DNA from: an uncultured Candidatus Saccharibacteria bacterium
GTDB taxonomy: Bacteria > Patescibacteriota > Doudnabacteria > UBA920
NCBI GenBank assembly: GCA_964532425.1
Contig: CAZHIA010000003.1
Coordinates: 5,594-69,593, forward strand
Length of the DNA stretch: 64,000 nucleotides
Reading direction: 5' to 3'
Each line of letters begins with the position of its first letter. Position 1 is the first letter of the stretch. Positions 28,514 through 37,060 of this stretch are shown in pieces. The notes beneath the pieces are model-generated. The model did not search any database. It was not told the DNA's origin and saw only the letters and a list, made by a program, of their open reading frames with translations. The translations under genes and the position numbers were made by a program.

Positions 28514-29122
28514 TTATGTGCGGCTATAATGTTCAACAATCAACTGGGTGTTGATGGTGTTGCTGATCATTTCCGGCGTGGGCTGTGTCAATACTTTACC
28601 GGAGAGCTTCTGTGAATTCAGCTCCACCCATTCCTGGGTCTTGGAGTTTTTAAGCTGCTCCTTCAACTTTTCCACGAAGGCCTTGCTCTGCTTGACTGCG
28701 CGGATCGCAACGGTATCGCCGACTTTCACGCTGTATGACGGGATATCGACTTTCTTGCCGTTAACTTCGAAGAATCCATGGCTGACAAGCTGGCGGGCTT
28801 GGGCGCGGGTCGCGGCAAAACCCAGACGGAACACCACATTGTCGAGGCGCAACTCGAGCATCTTCAATAAATTGTCGCCGGTTACTCCAGGTTGCTTCAA
28901 TGCCTTCTCGAAGTAAATGCGGAATTGGCGCTCGAGTACTCCGTAATTGATTTTGGCTTTCTGCTTCTCACGAAGCTGCAAGCCGTATTCAGACGGGCGG
29001 CTGCGGCCCTGGCCATGCTGGCCAGGGGCATAGGCTCGCTTTTGAAGGATCTTGGCATCCTTATCCGTAAAGGCCATGCCAAACCTTCTCGCCTTTTTTA
29101 CTTTAGGTCCTGTGTATCGCAT
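28514..29122 (-). CDS. rpsD: 30S ribosomal protein S4
   Basis: MRYTGPK, SEYGLQLREKQK, LELRLDNVVFRLG, ARQLVSHG. Confidence 0.98.
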   Translation of the reverse strand: MRYTGPKVKKARRFGMAFTDKDAKILQKRAYAPGQHGQGRSRPSEYGLQLREKQKAKINYGVLERQFRIYFEKALKQPGVTGDNLLKMLELRLDNVVFRLGFAATRAQARQLVSHGFFEVNGKKVDIPSYSVKVGDTVAIRAVKQSKAFVEKLKEQLKNSKTQEWVELNSQKLSGKVLTQPTPEMISNTINTQLIVEHYSRT

Positions 29123-29125
29123 AAT

Positions 29126-29232
29126 AGTTCAAAATTTAAAGTTCAAAATGCAAAATTGAGGTGCCGCTTTGCGGCTACTATAGATGTCCGCCGAAGGCGG
29201 ACTCCATAACTTTTCATTTTGCACTTTGCATT
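29126..29232. repeat. 7-nt repeat hairpin, copy 2, with an extra internal GTCCGCC-GAA-GGCGGAC hairpin
   Basis: Near-identical to 27374-27430 plus a nested GC hairpin. Confidence 0.8.
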
Positions 29233-29703
29233 TTACACTCTCCTGGGTTTCTTGGGACGGACTCCGCCGTGCGGAATAGGAGTCTGGTCCTTAATGGATA
29301 ACACGTTGAGACTGGAGCCTTGCAAGGCTCTGACTGCCGATTCACGTCCGCTGCCGATACCCTTAATGAGCACATCGACTTCGGAAAGGCCGCGATCGCG
29401 GATCCTGGTCAGGACGTCTTCCATGGTCTTCTGGCCGGCGTACGGAGTGGACTTCTTGGAACCTTTAAAACCGATTTTGCCTGCACTGCTCCAGATAATC
29501 ACATTGCCATTCACATCAGTCACGGAAACGATGGTGTTATTGTACGTGGAGTTGATGTAAATCTTGCCTTTAGTGATCTTCGCCTTGGATTTCTTCTTTT
29601 TAGACTTGATCTTCGCAGTAGCATCCGTAGCAGCTGTTTCTTCGGCGGCAGGAGCGGCAACGACGGTCTCTTCGGTAATTGGATTGGTAAGTTCTTCTGC
29701 CAT
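29233..29703 (-). CDS. rpsK: 30S ribosomal protein S11 with N-terminal extension
   Basis: [41 protein letters not shown]; start moved to 29703. Confidence 0.97.
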   Translation of the reverse strand: MAEELTNPITEETVVAAPAAEETAATDATAKIKSKKKKSKAKITKGKIYINSTYNNTIVSVTDVNGNVIIWSSAGKIGFKGSKKSTPYAGQKTMEDVLTRIRDRGLSEVDVLIKGIGSGRESAVRALQGSSLNVLSIKDQTPIPHGGVRPKKPRRV

Positions 29704-29780
29704 AAATAATCTGATACATGTGACATTTGACCTTTGACATGTAACCGTCAATTGTCAAATGTTAATTGTCAAATGTTAGC

Positions 29781-30170
29781 TTAGGTTTTTTCTGCCGATC
29801 CCTTGCGTCCGCTGCCGGCGGTCTTTCTGACGTTGCCGCGGCGGGTGCGGGAGTTGGTTTTGGTGCGTTGGCCGCGAACCGGAAGGCCGCGAATGTGGCG
29901 GATACCGCGATACGCGCCGATTTCCTTGACGCGTTTGATATTCAGCAGCACCTGCTGGCGCAATTCACCTTCGACCTTGTAGTTCTTTTCGATATAGTCA
30001 CGCAAGCGGTTGAGTTCGGCCTCGGTAAGGTCCTTCGTCCGCTTGTCAGGGTCGATGTTGGTTGCAGCCAGGATCTTCTTGGACATCGAGAGCCCAATGC
30101 CGTAAATATACGGCAAAGAAGCTTCAATACGCTTTTCGTTCGGAATGTTGATTCCAGCTATTCTCGCCAT
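29781..30170 (-). CDS. rpsM: 30S ribosomal protein S13
   Basis: [39 protein letters not shown]. Confidence 0.98.
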   Translation of the reverse strand: MARIAGINIPNEKRIEASLPYIYGIGLSMSKKILAATNIDPDKRTKDLTEAELNRLRDYIEKNYKVEGELRQQVLLNIKRVKEIGAYRGIRHIRGLPVRGQRTKTNSRTRRGNVRKTAGSGRKGSAEKT

Positions 30171-30264
30171 AGATATATGTTAACTTTTTAGCTCCTTAGC
30201 TCATAACGGGTGCGTTGTGTAGTCCGTAATAAGCTAACGAGCAGAAAGCTAAGCCCGAGAGAGC

Positions 30265-30378
30265 TTAACCTTGGCGCTGCTTATGCTTGGGATTTTCGCA
30301 AATGATATAAATGCGACCGAACCGCTTTACCACCTTACACTTCTTGCACATCGGTTTCACACTGGCGCGTACTTTCAT
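30265..30378 (-). CDS. rpmJ: 50S ribosomal protein L36 (below the ORF-track length cutoff)
   Basis: Manual translation [37 protein letters not shown]. Confidence 0.97.
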   Translation of the reverse strand: MKVRASVKPMCKKCKVVKRFGRIYIICENPKHKQRQG

Positions 30379-30485
30379 ACAGTTAAAAATTCAAAATTAA
30401 AATTTAAAGTTGACTAAAACGCCTGCAAAGCCCCGGCGTTGACCCTGTTGGGCGGCGGGATAGGCTTTGCGCTGTTAACTTGTAA

Positions 30486-30737
30486 TTATCTGAGTCGTCT
30501 GGTGATTCGTCCTCGAGACAAATCATACGGCGTAAACTCCATGATAACCCGGTCTCCAGGGAGGACCCGGATCTTGTTCATGTGCATTTTTCCGGACAGA
30601 TGTCCTAAAACCAGCTGGCCTGAGTCCAGCTGGACACGAAAAATGGCATTAGGCAAATTCTCGATGACTTTGCCCTCGAGCTCAATGACGTCTTTCTTTG
30701 TCCCAGACTTCCCAAAGTCTTGATTACGGTTTTGCAA
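30486..30737 (-). CDS. infA: Translation initiation factor IF-1
   Basis: [40 protein letters not shown]; TTG start uncertain. Confidence 0.96.
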   Translation of the reverse strand: MQNRNQDFGKSGTKKDVIELEGKVIENLPNAIFRVQLDSGQLVLGHLSGKMHMNKIRVLPGDRVIMEFTPYDLSRGRITRRLR

Positions 30738-30769
30738 AGAAGGTATTTGAATTTATTAAATTCCCGTAT

Positions 30770-30797
30770 ATTATAGCACAGGTTCCAAATATGTCAA
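30770..30797 (-). promoter_or_regulatory. sigma70 promoter of the infA-rpsI operon
   Basis: TTGACA-16 nt-TATAAT with extended -10 TG. Confidence 0.7.
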
Positions 30798-30995
30798 ATA
30801 TAATGGTGACTTTAGCTGTCAGCTTACAGCTTATAACTTTCAGTTTGACAATTTATCAATAAATCAGTATAAATAATTTTACCAATAACCCTTTAAAATA
30901 GCATGATTTATTAAGAAAAACCTCCGCCAACAGTGGAGGTTTTTTTGGCTTCTGCTATAAGCTAATACCTATAACCTGAAAGCTTCTCGTTTTAA

Positions 30996-32690
30996 CTACT
31001 TTTCCACCCTCACCTCTATCTCCCGGGCAAACCATGGGAAGCTGTTTTGCCAGGACGGAGCTATTGTAATATCAATCTGCTCGATCTGCTGGTTAGATTT
31101 CAGTATTTCATTGGCTTGTTGGCGGGACTTCCCGACGAGTTGGGATTTTATGTCACCGAGATCCAGGTCATACACAGCCTTGCTTTCATAATGTACGGTT
31201 ATAACCGCCAGGTTCTGATTCAGGTCGATCGACTTTAACTTATAGTTGATTGGATCGGGGGAAGATTCTAAAACCTTGTCAGCTGACAATGTCGAACCAA
31301 TGCGGTCAGAGATGAGCTTTTTGAGCTCATCCTGGTTAAATGCAAGCCCGGTCACCTTAGCCTTCAAGGTGGCGGTAAAACTAGGACTCTCTGCTCCCGC
31401 AGCTTTGTCAGTAGTGAAGGACAACGGTTCCAGCATGTAAGATTTTTGGGCAAAACTCAGGTTTTGACCGGCCAGTTTATCATTTAGCTCATTGAGCAGC
31501 TTCTGGCCAAGCGCGGCCTGGCTGCTCGCGATGTCCTGCTCAGAAACGACCGATAAATACCTGGTGGTACCTCCGGTCACGGCTGTGGCAGTTTTAGCGA
31601 ATAGGAATTGGGGCTTGCTGCCGAAAACCTGGTTAGATATTTCCATGCGGGTACCGGCAGGCACGTTCGAGTCTTCCCCGCCCTGCTGCGCTATGACCTC
31701 TACCGGTTCTGATAGGGTAGCTTCATCTACTTCTTTTGTATAAGGATTTTTATACGCAGTCGGTCGGATGCCGGAAACATCCTCGGTAAGCACATACGTT
31801 TTACTACCGACCGTAAAGGTGGTCGTCGAAGCTTTTAAATTCAGGGGTGCCCGGGTAAAATTATAAATTTGTACCGTTCCCAGCGCCCGGTTCCCTACCT
31901 GTTTTTTCCCCTGGCTGTCGTACTTGCCGCTGACTTCTACGGTGTCAGATACCGGGGTACCGGGAAGCTGCAGCGCATCAGGATTCGGCTGCTGTGTCTG
32001 ACTGCTGATGGTAATTTCCATATCGCGCGTGATCGGCTCTGTCTTTGGGTATACGACCACCGAAGCGCGCGGAAGCACCACAAACACCAGGACCAAAATG
32101 ATAACCAGCGACAACGCTACCAGCCCCGTCAGAAACCTGCCATAAAAGTGACTGCGCTTCTTGGCTGTTTCTTCCTGGTTTGTGAACGGGAGTTGTTCTT
32201 CGTCAAAGATCAGATCGGATGTATCCTCCCCGGGAGCGTCCTTATAAACTGTTTTGTGGGTCACCTCTACTTTCGGGGCGGCGCGATGGACCTTCGACTC
32301 ATGAGACTTCTCTGTGTGTTTGATTGGTTCGGAATGTTTGACTGCGACCTTGCTTGCGGCAGCCGGTTTTTTTGCGATCTGGGTGGAAATAGGATGGGTC
32401 GGCCGGACATCGGATACCGCGCTGGGCGACTTGGGCCGCGGGAGAGTTTTCAACCCAAACCCGGCTTCTTTGGCGTATAGTTGGCCGCGTTCATCCATGG
32501 TAAGGATAAAAACCTCCCTGCCCAGCAGGTCGACCTGCTTCTTAAGCAGTCTCAGGTTTATGCTGTCATTAAATAAAAAACAGCGCTTTGGACAGACCAA
32601 AACCAGCTGCTCGGCCTTCTCGCGCTTGATCCGGGTTACGATCTTGGAAACATCATCTTCGAGATTGATATAGATGCTGGGTATGGGCAT
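30996..32690 (-). CDS. Conserved CPR-type membrane protein with baseplate J-like extracytoplasmic region
   Basis: N-terminal NLRLLKK domain, single TM, ALGTVQIYN, VEVIAQQGGEDSNV, TGGT, C-terminal PSWQNSFP. Confidence 0.6.
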   Translation of the reverse strand: MPIPSIYINLEDDVSKIVTRIKREKAEQLVLVCPKRCFLFNDSINLRLLKKQVDLLGREVFILTMDERGQLYAKEAGFGLKTLPRPKSPSAVSDVRPTHPISTQIAKKPAAASKVAVKHSEPIKHTEKSHESKVHRAAPKVEVTHKTVYKDAPGEDTSDLIFDEEQLPFTNQEETAKKRSHFYGRFLTGLVALSLVIILVLVFVVLPRASVVVYPKTEPITRDMEITISSQTQQPNPDALQLPGTPVSDTVEVSGKYDSQGKKQVGNRALGTVQIYNFTRAPLNLKASTTTFTVGSKTYVLTEDVSGIRPTAYKNPYTKEVDEATLSEPVEVIAQQGGEDSNVPAGTRMEISNQVFGSKPQFLFAKTATAVTGGTTRYLSVVSEQDIASSQAALGQKLLNELNDKLAGQNLSFAQKSYMLEPLSFTTDKAAGAESPSFTATLKAKVTGLAFNQDELKKLISDRIGSTLSADKVLESSPDPINYKLKSIDLNQNLAVITVHYESKAVYDLDLGDIKSQLVGKSRQQANEILKSNQQIEQIDITIAPSWQNSFPWFAREIEVRVEK

Positions 32691-32755
32691 ACAAAAATAG
32701 CTGTTTACCTACAGCTATTGTAGGATAATCGGAAAAGGAAGGCAAGGGAAAAGAA

Positions 32756-32856
32756 ATGACAAAAATGACATAATTGAACAAAATTGACAAAATTATATAA
32801 CTGCATCTGCAGTTTAATTTTGTCAATTTTGTTCAATTTTTTTAAATTTTGCTCAA
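32756..32856. repeat. Inverted 9-nt tandem-repeat hairpin (TTGACAAAA family)
   Basis: ATGACAAAAATGACATAATTGAACAAAATTGACAAAATT ... AATTTTGTCAATTTTGTTCAATTT. Confidence 0.75.
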
Positions 32857-32863
32857 TTCCCCC

Positions 32864-34030
32864 TTATACCAAGCCCTTATACCCTAATCGCTTCGTAAAG
32901 CTGATATTTTTGCTGTTCTCCACCTGCGGCTGGTTGAACGGGTCCACGCCGCGCAGCGCTGAAGCGTAGACTGCGTAGAGCTGCCAGAACGCGGTCAACT
33001 GACCGATCTCCTGGGCCGAAAAACCGGCTGCCGCCAAGTGGACCAGCGGAATGCCGTGAATGCGGGCGTCCTCCATGGTGCCCTGCAATTCGCATTCCAT
33101 AGATTGCTCCAGTGGAATTTTGTTCAGGTCAAAGAGCGCCCGACTCTTCAGTTGTACGCTGTGGATGGAAGCCGGCAAAATATTCACGGTCGGATGCAAA
33201 AAAGTCTCAGTTGAAACAAAGAACCCGCAGATATTTTTTTGCCCTCCGAAAAACCGCTGATTGGTATGATGCTGGGATTCCGGCGCCTCATGGGCAAAAT
33301 ATGTCTGGCCTTTACCGTCCTTGCCGAATGATTCGTGGCACAGCTGGACGATTAGACTGCTGAGTGGAAACAGATTGTGGCTATAGAACGGCATAAAGAC
33401 GTCCACATACCCATCCTGTTCCAGCTGCCAGAACACGCTCGCGGCCTTAAAAGCCAGATTGTCTTTCGGATACTGGGCGTAAACTGCCCGGGCGCCTTCA
33501 TAGAGGCTTTTCACATCCAGCCCACAAATCGCAGCCGGCAACAGCCCGACTTCGGTCAAGCCAGTGTACCTGCCGCCGATCGGCGGATGCATGACAATCT
33601 CCATTTTCAGCTTTTCCGCAATCGCCCGTACCGGACTGGACCTACCGGTTACCACCACCATGGGATACTCGGTAAACTGCATCATCGCCTCTATCTGCGT
33701 TGTGTTTTCGCCGGATTTAGTAATCGCCATGACCAGTGTATTCTCTGGTTTGAGGGCACTCTTGAGCTCGTAAATATAATCAGGGTCAGTAGTATTCAAA
33801 AAAAATGCACGTTTGGTTGCCTGGTACTTCAAGGCGTGGTAAAAGCCGTAAAAACTCGTAATACTGCCGCCATGACCGATGACCAAAATATTTTCGTACG
33901 CCGTGAACTCTCTGGCATATTTGTCCATCAGATCAAAATCCGGCTGATAGCCCAAAAACGCCGGCGCTTCGGGCAAAAGCTGGAGGTCAAGCGTTTCCGG
34001 CTCAGGGCAATTATAAAAATCGAGTTTCAT
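32864..34030 (-). CDS. pgi: Glucose-6-phosphate isomerase-like (double SIS) protein
   Basis: GHGGS, TKSGENT, IGGRYT, ESFGKDG, SQH, DPFNQPQVENSK. Confidence 0.75.
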   Translation of the reverse strand: MKLDFYNCPEPETLDLQLLPEAPAFLGYQPDFDLMDKYAREFTAYENILVIGHGGSITSFYGFYHALKYQATKRAFFLNTTDPDYIYELKSALKPENTLVMAITKSGENTTQIEAMMQFTEYPMVVVTGRSSPVRAIAEKLKMEIVMHPPIGGRYTGLTEVGLLPAAICGLDVKSLYEGARAVYAQYPKDNLAFKAASVFWQLEQDGYVDVFMPFYSHNLFPLSSLIVQLCHESFGKDGKGQTYFAHEAPESQHHTNQRFFGGQKNICGFFVSTETFLHPTVNILPASIHSVQLKSRALFDLNKIPLEQSMECELQGTMEDARIHGIPLVHLAAAGFSAQEIGQLTAFWQLYAVYASALRGVDPFNQPQVENSKNISFTKRLGYKGLV

Positions 34031-34033
34031 ATT

Positions 34034-34066
34034 TTTAGCTTATAGCTTTTAGCTGTCAGCTTATAG
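34034..34066. repeat. Left arm of inverted 7-nt (AGCT) repeats flanking the four-helix-bundle gene
   Basis: TTTAGCT TATAGCT TTTAGCT GTCAGCT TATAG. Confidence 0.85.
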
Positions 34067-34432
34067 TCAGGCAGCGGGTGTTAATTTTTTGATAATTACA
34101 TTTAACATTTTCATTACCTCTATCGCGAGGGAAACGACTTTGGCATATGATTGTTCATCGCAAAATCCAAGTTTGTGAGCAATCTCTATTTGCGTTTCCA
34201 ATTCCGCCCCTGAGGCCAAGGCAATAATTAAGAACTGACGAAAGTCCTTCCTCGTTCCGCGTGTCCTCCCTTCCGCAATATTCGACGGAATGGACACGGC
34301 ACACCTTCTGCTTTGCGAAACCAAACCGAACAATTCGGATTTGGGATAGCATGATGTCATTTGATATACAGCAATAACCAAATCCATCGATTTCTGCCAA
34401 ACGATTAAATTTCGATAGCTCTCGATTGGCAT
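34067..34432 (-). CDS. Four-helix-bundle protein (23S rRNA intervening-sequence protein family)
   Basis: SYRNLIVWQKS, YPKSELFGLVSQSRRCAVSIPSNIAEG, FLIIALASGAELETQ. Confidence 0.93.
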   Translation of the reverse strand: MPIESYRNLIVWQKSMDLVIAVYQMTSCYPKSELFGLVSQSRRCAVSIPSNIAEGRTRGTRKDFRQFLIIALASGAELETQIEIAHKLGFCDEQSYAKVVSLAIEVMKMLNVIIKKLTPAA

Positions 34433-34439
34433 TGGTGTT

Positions 34440-34470
34440 CTATAAGCTATAAGCTGGAAGCTAAAAGCTA
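34440..34470. repeat. Right arm of inverted 7-nt (AGCT) repeats
   Basis: CTATAAG CTATAAG CTGGAAG CTAAAAG CTA, reverse-complement family of the left arm. Confidence 0.85.
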
Positions 34471-36282
34471 CTCAACCGTCGCCTTAATCCTCCTCACTCC
34501 TGCCGAGGAGGCTTCTTCTTTTTGTATTTTGAAATTACCGATCATTCCGGTATGTTCGACGTGCGGGCCGCCGCAAAATTCGCGGGAGACTACTTCATCC
34601 GTTTTGGGATCGTATACGGTATAGACGGAGACCGTATCCCCGTATTTTTCTCCGAATACGCCGATGGCATTCAATTTCTTAGCTTCTTCCAAAGGTAAAA
34701 CATCTTTTTTCACCGTTAGATCACGATTGATCCAATTATTAACCATTTTCTCGACTTCCTGCTTCTGTTCGTCGGTCATTTTTTCGCCATGCGTAAAATC
34801 GAACCGCGTGCGTTCTTCGGTAATATTACTCCCCTTTTGCCAGACGCTGTCGCCAAGCACTTTGCGCAAAGCAGCGTTCATCAAGTGGGTAGCCGTATGC
34901 AGCCTCACGATCTTGTCACTATGACTGGCTAAGCCGCCTTTAAATTGGCCTGCACTGGCTGTGCGGGAAAGTTCCTGGTGCTTTTTGAACTCCGATTCGA
35001 ACTCGGTCTTGTCGATTTGCTGGCCCATTGATTCGGCAAGTTCTTTGGTCAGCTCCCAGGGAAAGCCGAAAGTTTGGTAGAGATCGAAGGCATCCTTGCC
35101 GGTTAACCCCTGCTCCCCTGTACGGGAGGGTCGCGACCCTCCCCTACTCTGTATGATCTTTTCAAATTCCTTCAAGCCCTTTTCCAGCGTGGCCTCGAAC
35201 TTCTTCTGCTCTCCCTCGATCACGGCAAATATCCGCTCCGACTTATCGATCAAATCAGGATACGCTTCGGCATACGTTGCCACTACTTTGCCGATCAAAG
35301 CCTTCAGCCATTCATGCTTGAGTCCTAAAAGTCTTCCCATGACCATGGCGCGGCGCAGCAGGCGACGCAAAACGTAGCCGCGATCCTTATTGGACGGATC
35401 TACGCCGTCACCCACGATAAAGACCGAAGCCCTGATGTGGTCAAGCACGATCCGGGCTTTTTTCACCTCGTCGTTGGTCATAATGGCCTGGTCCAAGGCG
35501 ATCACTTCCCACATCGGTTTGAACAGCTCGGTATCGTAGACGGAACTGTGGCCATTCAAAGCGACCAGGGTACGGTCTAAACCCATACCGGTATCAACAT
35601 TCGGCTTTGGCAGCGGGGTCAGCGTACCGTCCGCATGCTTTTCGAACTGCATAAAAACGTCGTTCCAGATCTCGACCCAGCGCTTGTCGTTCTTCGTCTC
35701 CGCAAAATTCTTCGGCGCTGGAGTGCCGTCATCAACCCAATAGAACATTTCCGTATCCGGCCCGCACGGCCCGGTCGTTCCCGCAATCCACCAGTTATCT
35801 TCCTTAGGCAAATACGCAATACGCTCTTCGGGCACGCCAAGAGATTTCCACATCGAAGCCGCTTCTTCGTCGCGCGGAGCATCACTGTCACCGGCGAAGA
35901 CCGAAAACGCCAAACGCTCGAGCGGCAGCCCGAGATGTTTTGGATCGGTCAAAAATTCGAAGCTCCAGGAAATGGCTTCTTTCTTGAAATAGTCGCCAAA
36001 GCTCCAATTGCCGAGCATTTCGAAAAACGTCAGGTGGGTGTTATCCCCGACTTCGTCGATATCGCCGGTACGGATGCACTTTTGCACATCGGTCACGCGC
36101 GTACCGCCCGGATGATTCTCGCCCAAAAGGTACGGCACCAGCGGATGCATGCCGGCAGTGGTGAACAAAACGGAAGAGTCATTTTCCGGCACCAGACTGG
36201 CGGACGGAATTATTGTGTGGCCTTTGGACTTGAAGAATTCCAAATATTTGGTACGGAGTTCTTGGGCTGTAATGTGGGACAT
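34468..36282 (-). CDS. alaS: Alanine--tRNA ligase (short form lacking C-Ala)
   Basis: LFTTAGM, QKCIRTGDI, HLTFFEMLGNWSFGDYFK, GPCGP, DTGMG, HTATHL, EFCGGPHV, GVRRI. Confidence 0.97.
   Translation of the reverse strand: MSHITAQELRTKYLEFFKSKGHTIIPSASLVPENDSSVLFTTAGMHPLVPYLLGENHPGGTRVTDVQKCIRTGDIDEVGDNTHLTFFEMLGNWSFGDYFKKEAISWSFEFLTDPKHLGLPLERLAFSVFAGDSDAPRDEEAASMWKSLGVPEERIAYLPKEDNWWIAGTTGPCGPDTEMFYWVDDGTPAPKNFAETKNDKRWVEIWNDVFMQFEKHADGTLTPLPKPNVDTGMGLDRTLVALNGHSSVYDTELFKPMWEVIALDQAIMTNDEVKKARIVLDHIRASVFIVGDGVDPSNKDRGYVLRRLLRRAMVMGRLLGLKHEWLKALIGKVVATYAEAYPDLIDKSERIFAVIEGEQKKFEATLEKGLKEFEKIIQSRGGSRPSRTGEQGLTGKDAFDLYQTFGFPWELTKELAESMGQQIDKTEFESEFKKHQELSRTASAGQFKGGLASHSDKIVRLHTATHLMNAALRKVLGDSVWQKGSNITEERTRFDFTHGEKMTDEQKQEVEKMVNNWINRDLTVKKDVLPLEEAKKLNAIGVFGEKYGDTVSVYTVYDPKTDEVVSREFCGGPHVEHTGMIGNFKIQKEEASSAGVRRIKATVE
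35119..35147 (-). repeat. GTAG-type REP palindrome inside alaS
   Basis: GTAGGGGAGGGTC-GC-GACCCTCCCGTACA, translated as part of SRGGSRPSRT. Confidence 0.75.
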
Positions 36283-36296
36283 AAGCAATAGTTATT

Positions 36297-36368
36297 TCAC
36301 GGATACACGGACTTCGCGGATGACGCGGAGCCCTTCAGCGGAATCCGCGTTTTCAGCGTATCCGCGAG
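36297..36368. repeat. Inverted 9-nt tandem-repeat hairpin (CGGA family)
   Basis: CACGGATACACGGACTTCGCGGATGACGCGGA ... TCAGCGGAATCCGCGTTTTCAGCGTATCCGCG. Confidence 0.7.
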
Positions 36369-36383
36369 AGAACTGAAATTGAG

Positions 36384-36854
36384 TTAATCAATTTTGTGAT
36401 ATTTCCTTACTAACCACTCCGATACATACCCAGTATACTTTCTTCTTACTTTGTCTGGCATATTTCGGTAGGCTCCAATAATTCCCCGGCAGCTTTCCGT
36501 TTCGCACTTGCACTGCATCCGCCACCAGGTGCTATCCTCGGTCATTTCATAGTCCCAGGTAATCTCCTCGCCAGGTTCTATATCCCGCATCGCCACGACT
36601 TCGACTAAATTCCGAATGCCACAATTCGGCTCGCATGAATGATTGATTAAATGGGCAGATCCGGCCGGCATGCGCCATTTCGCCGGGGCGATTTGAATGG
36701 AGTGGTGAAGCTCGTAGGAAGTAAAGTCGTCCTTTGCCGTAAGTATTTTTCCGTCAAAAGCCTCAACTAACTCCCCTTTCTTAATCTTTTCAGTAACAAA
36801 AACTCCCCAGCCGCCTACGCGACTTTTTTTTACCTTCAATTTCGGATTTTTCAT
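36384..36854 (-). CDS. SET-domain protein (putative lysine methyltransferase) with post-SET cysteines
   Basis: GWGVF, INHSCEPNC, RDIEPGEEITWDY, CKCETESCRG. Confidence 0.9.
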   Translation of the reverse strand: MKNPKLKVKKSRVGGWGVFVTEKIKKGELVEAFDGKILTAKDDFTSYELHHSIQIAPAKWRMPAGSAHLINHSCEPNCGIRNLVEVVAMRDIEPGEEITWDYEMTEDSTWWRMQCKCETESCRGIIGAYRNMPDKVRRKYTGYVSEWLVRKYHKID

Positions 36855-37060
36855 GAATACTTCTATTCGGAAATGGCCGGGCGGTAAGCCCGGCCAGTCT
36901 ATAATTTTGCAATTTCTGATTACTTGCCGGAGGTGATAAATTTTTTAATTGTAATTCGTTTTGTCTTGTCCGCCAAAGCCTTGCATTGCCCGGCATAACC
37001 CTGCCTACCGGCAGGCAGGTTTATGCGAAGCCGGGGCGACGGCGGATCAATTTTATTTAT

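Noticed and set aside
30996-32690. Prophage
   Set aside because: No integrase, terminase, capsid or tail genes; neighbours are housekeeping genes
34067-34432. Diversity-generating retroelement suggested by the Avd-like four-helix bundle
   Set aside because: No reverse transcriptase and no TR/VR pair with adenine-specific mismatches in the window
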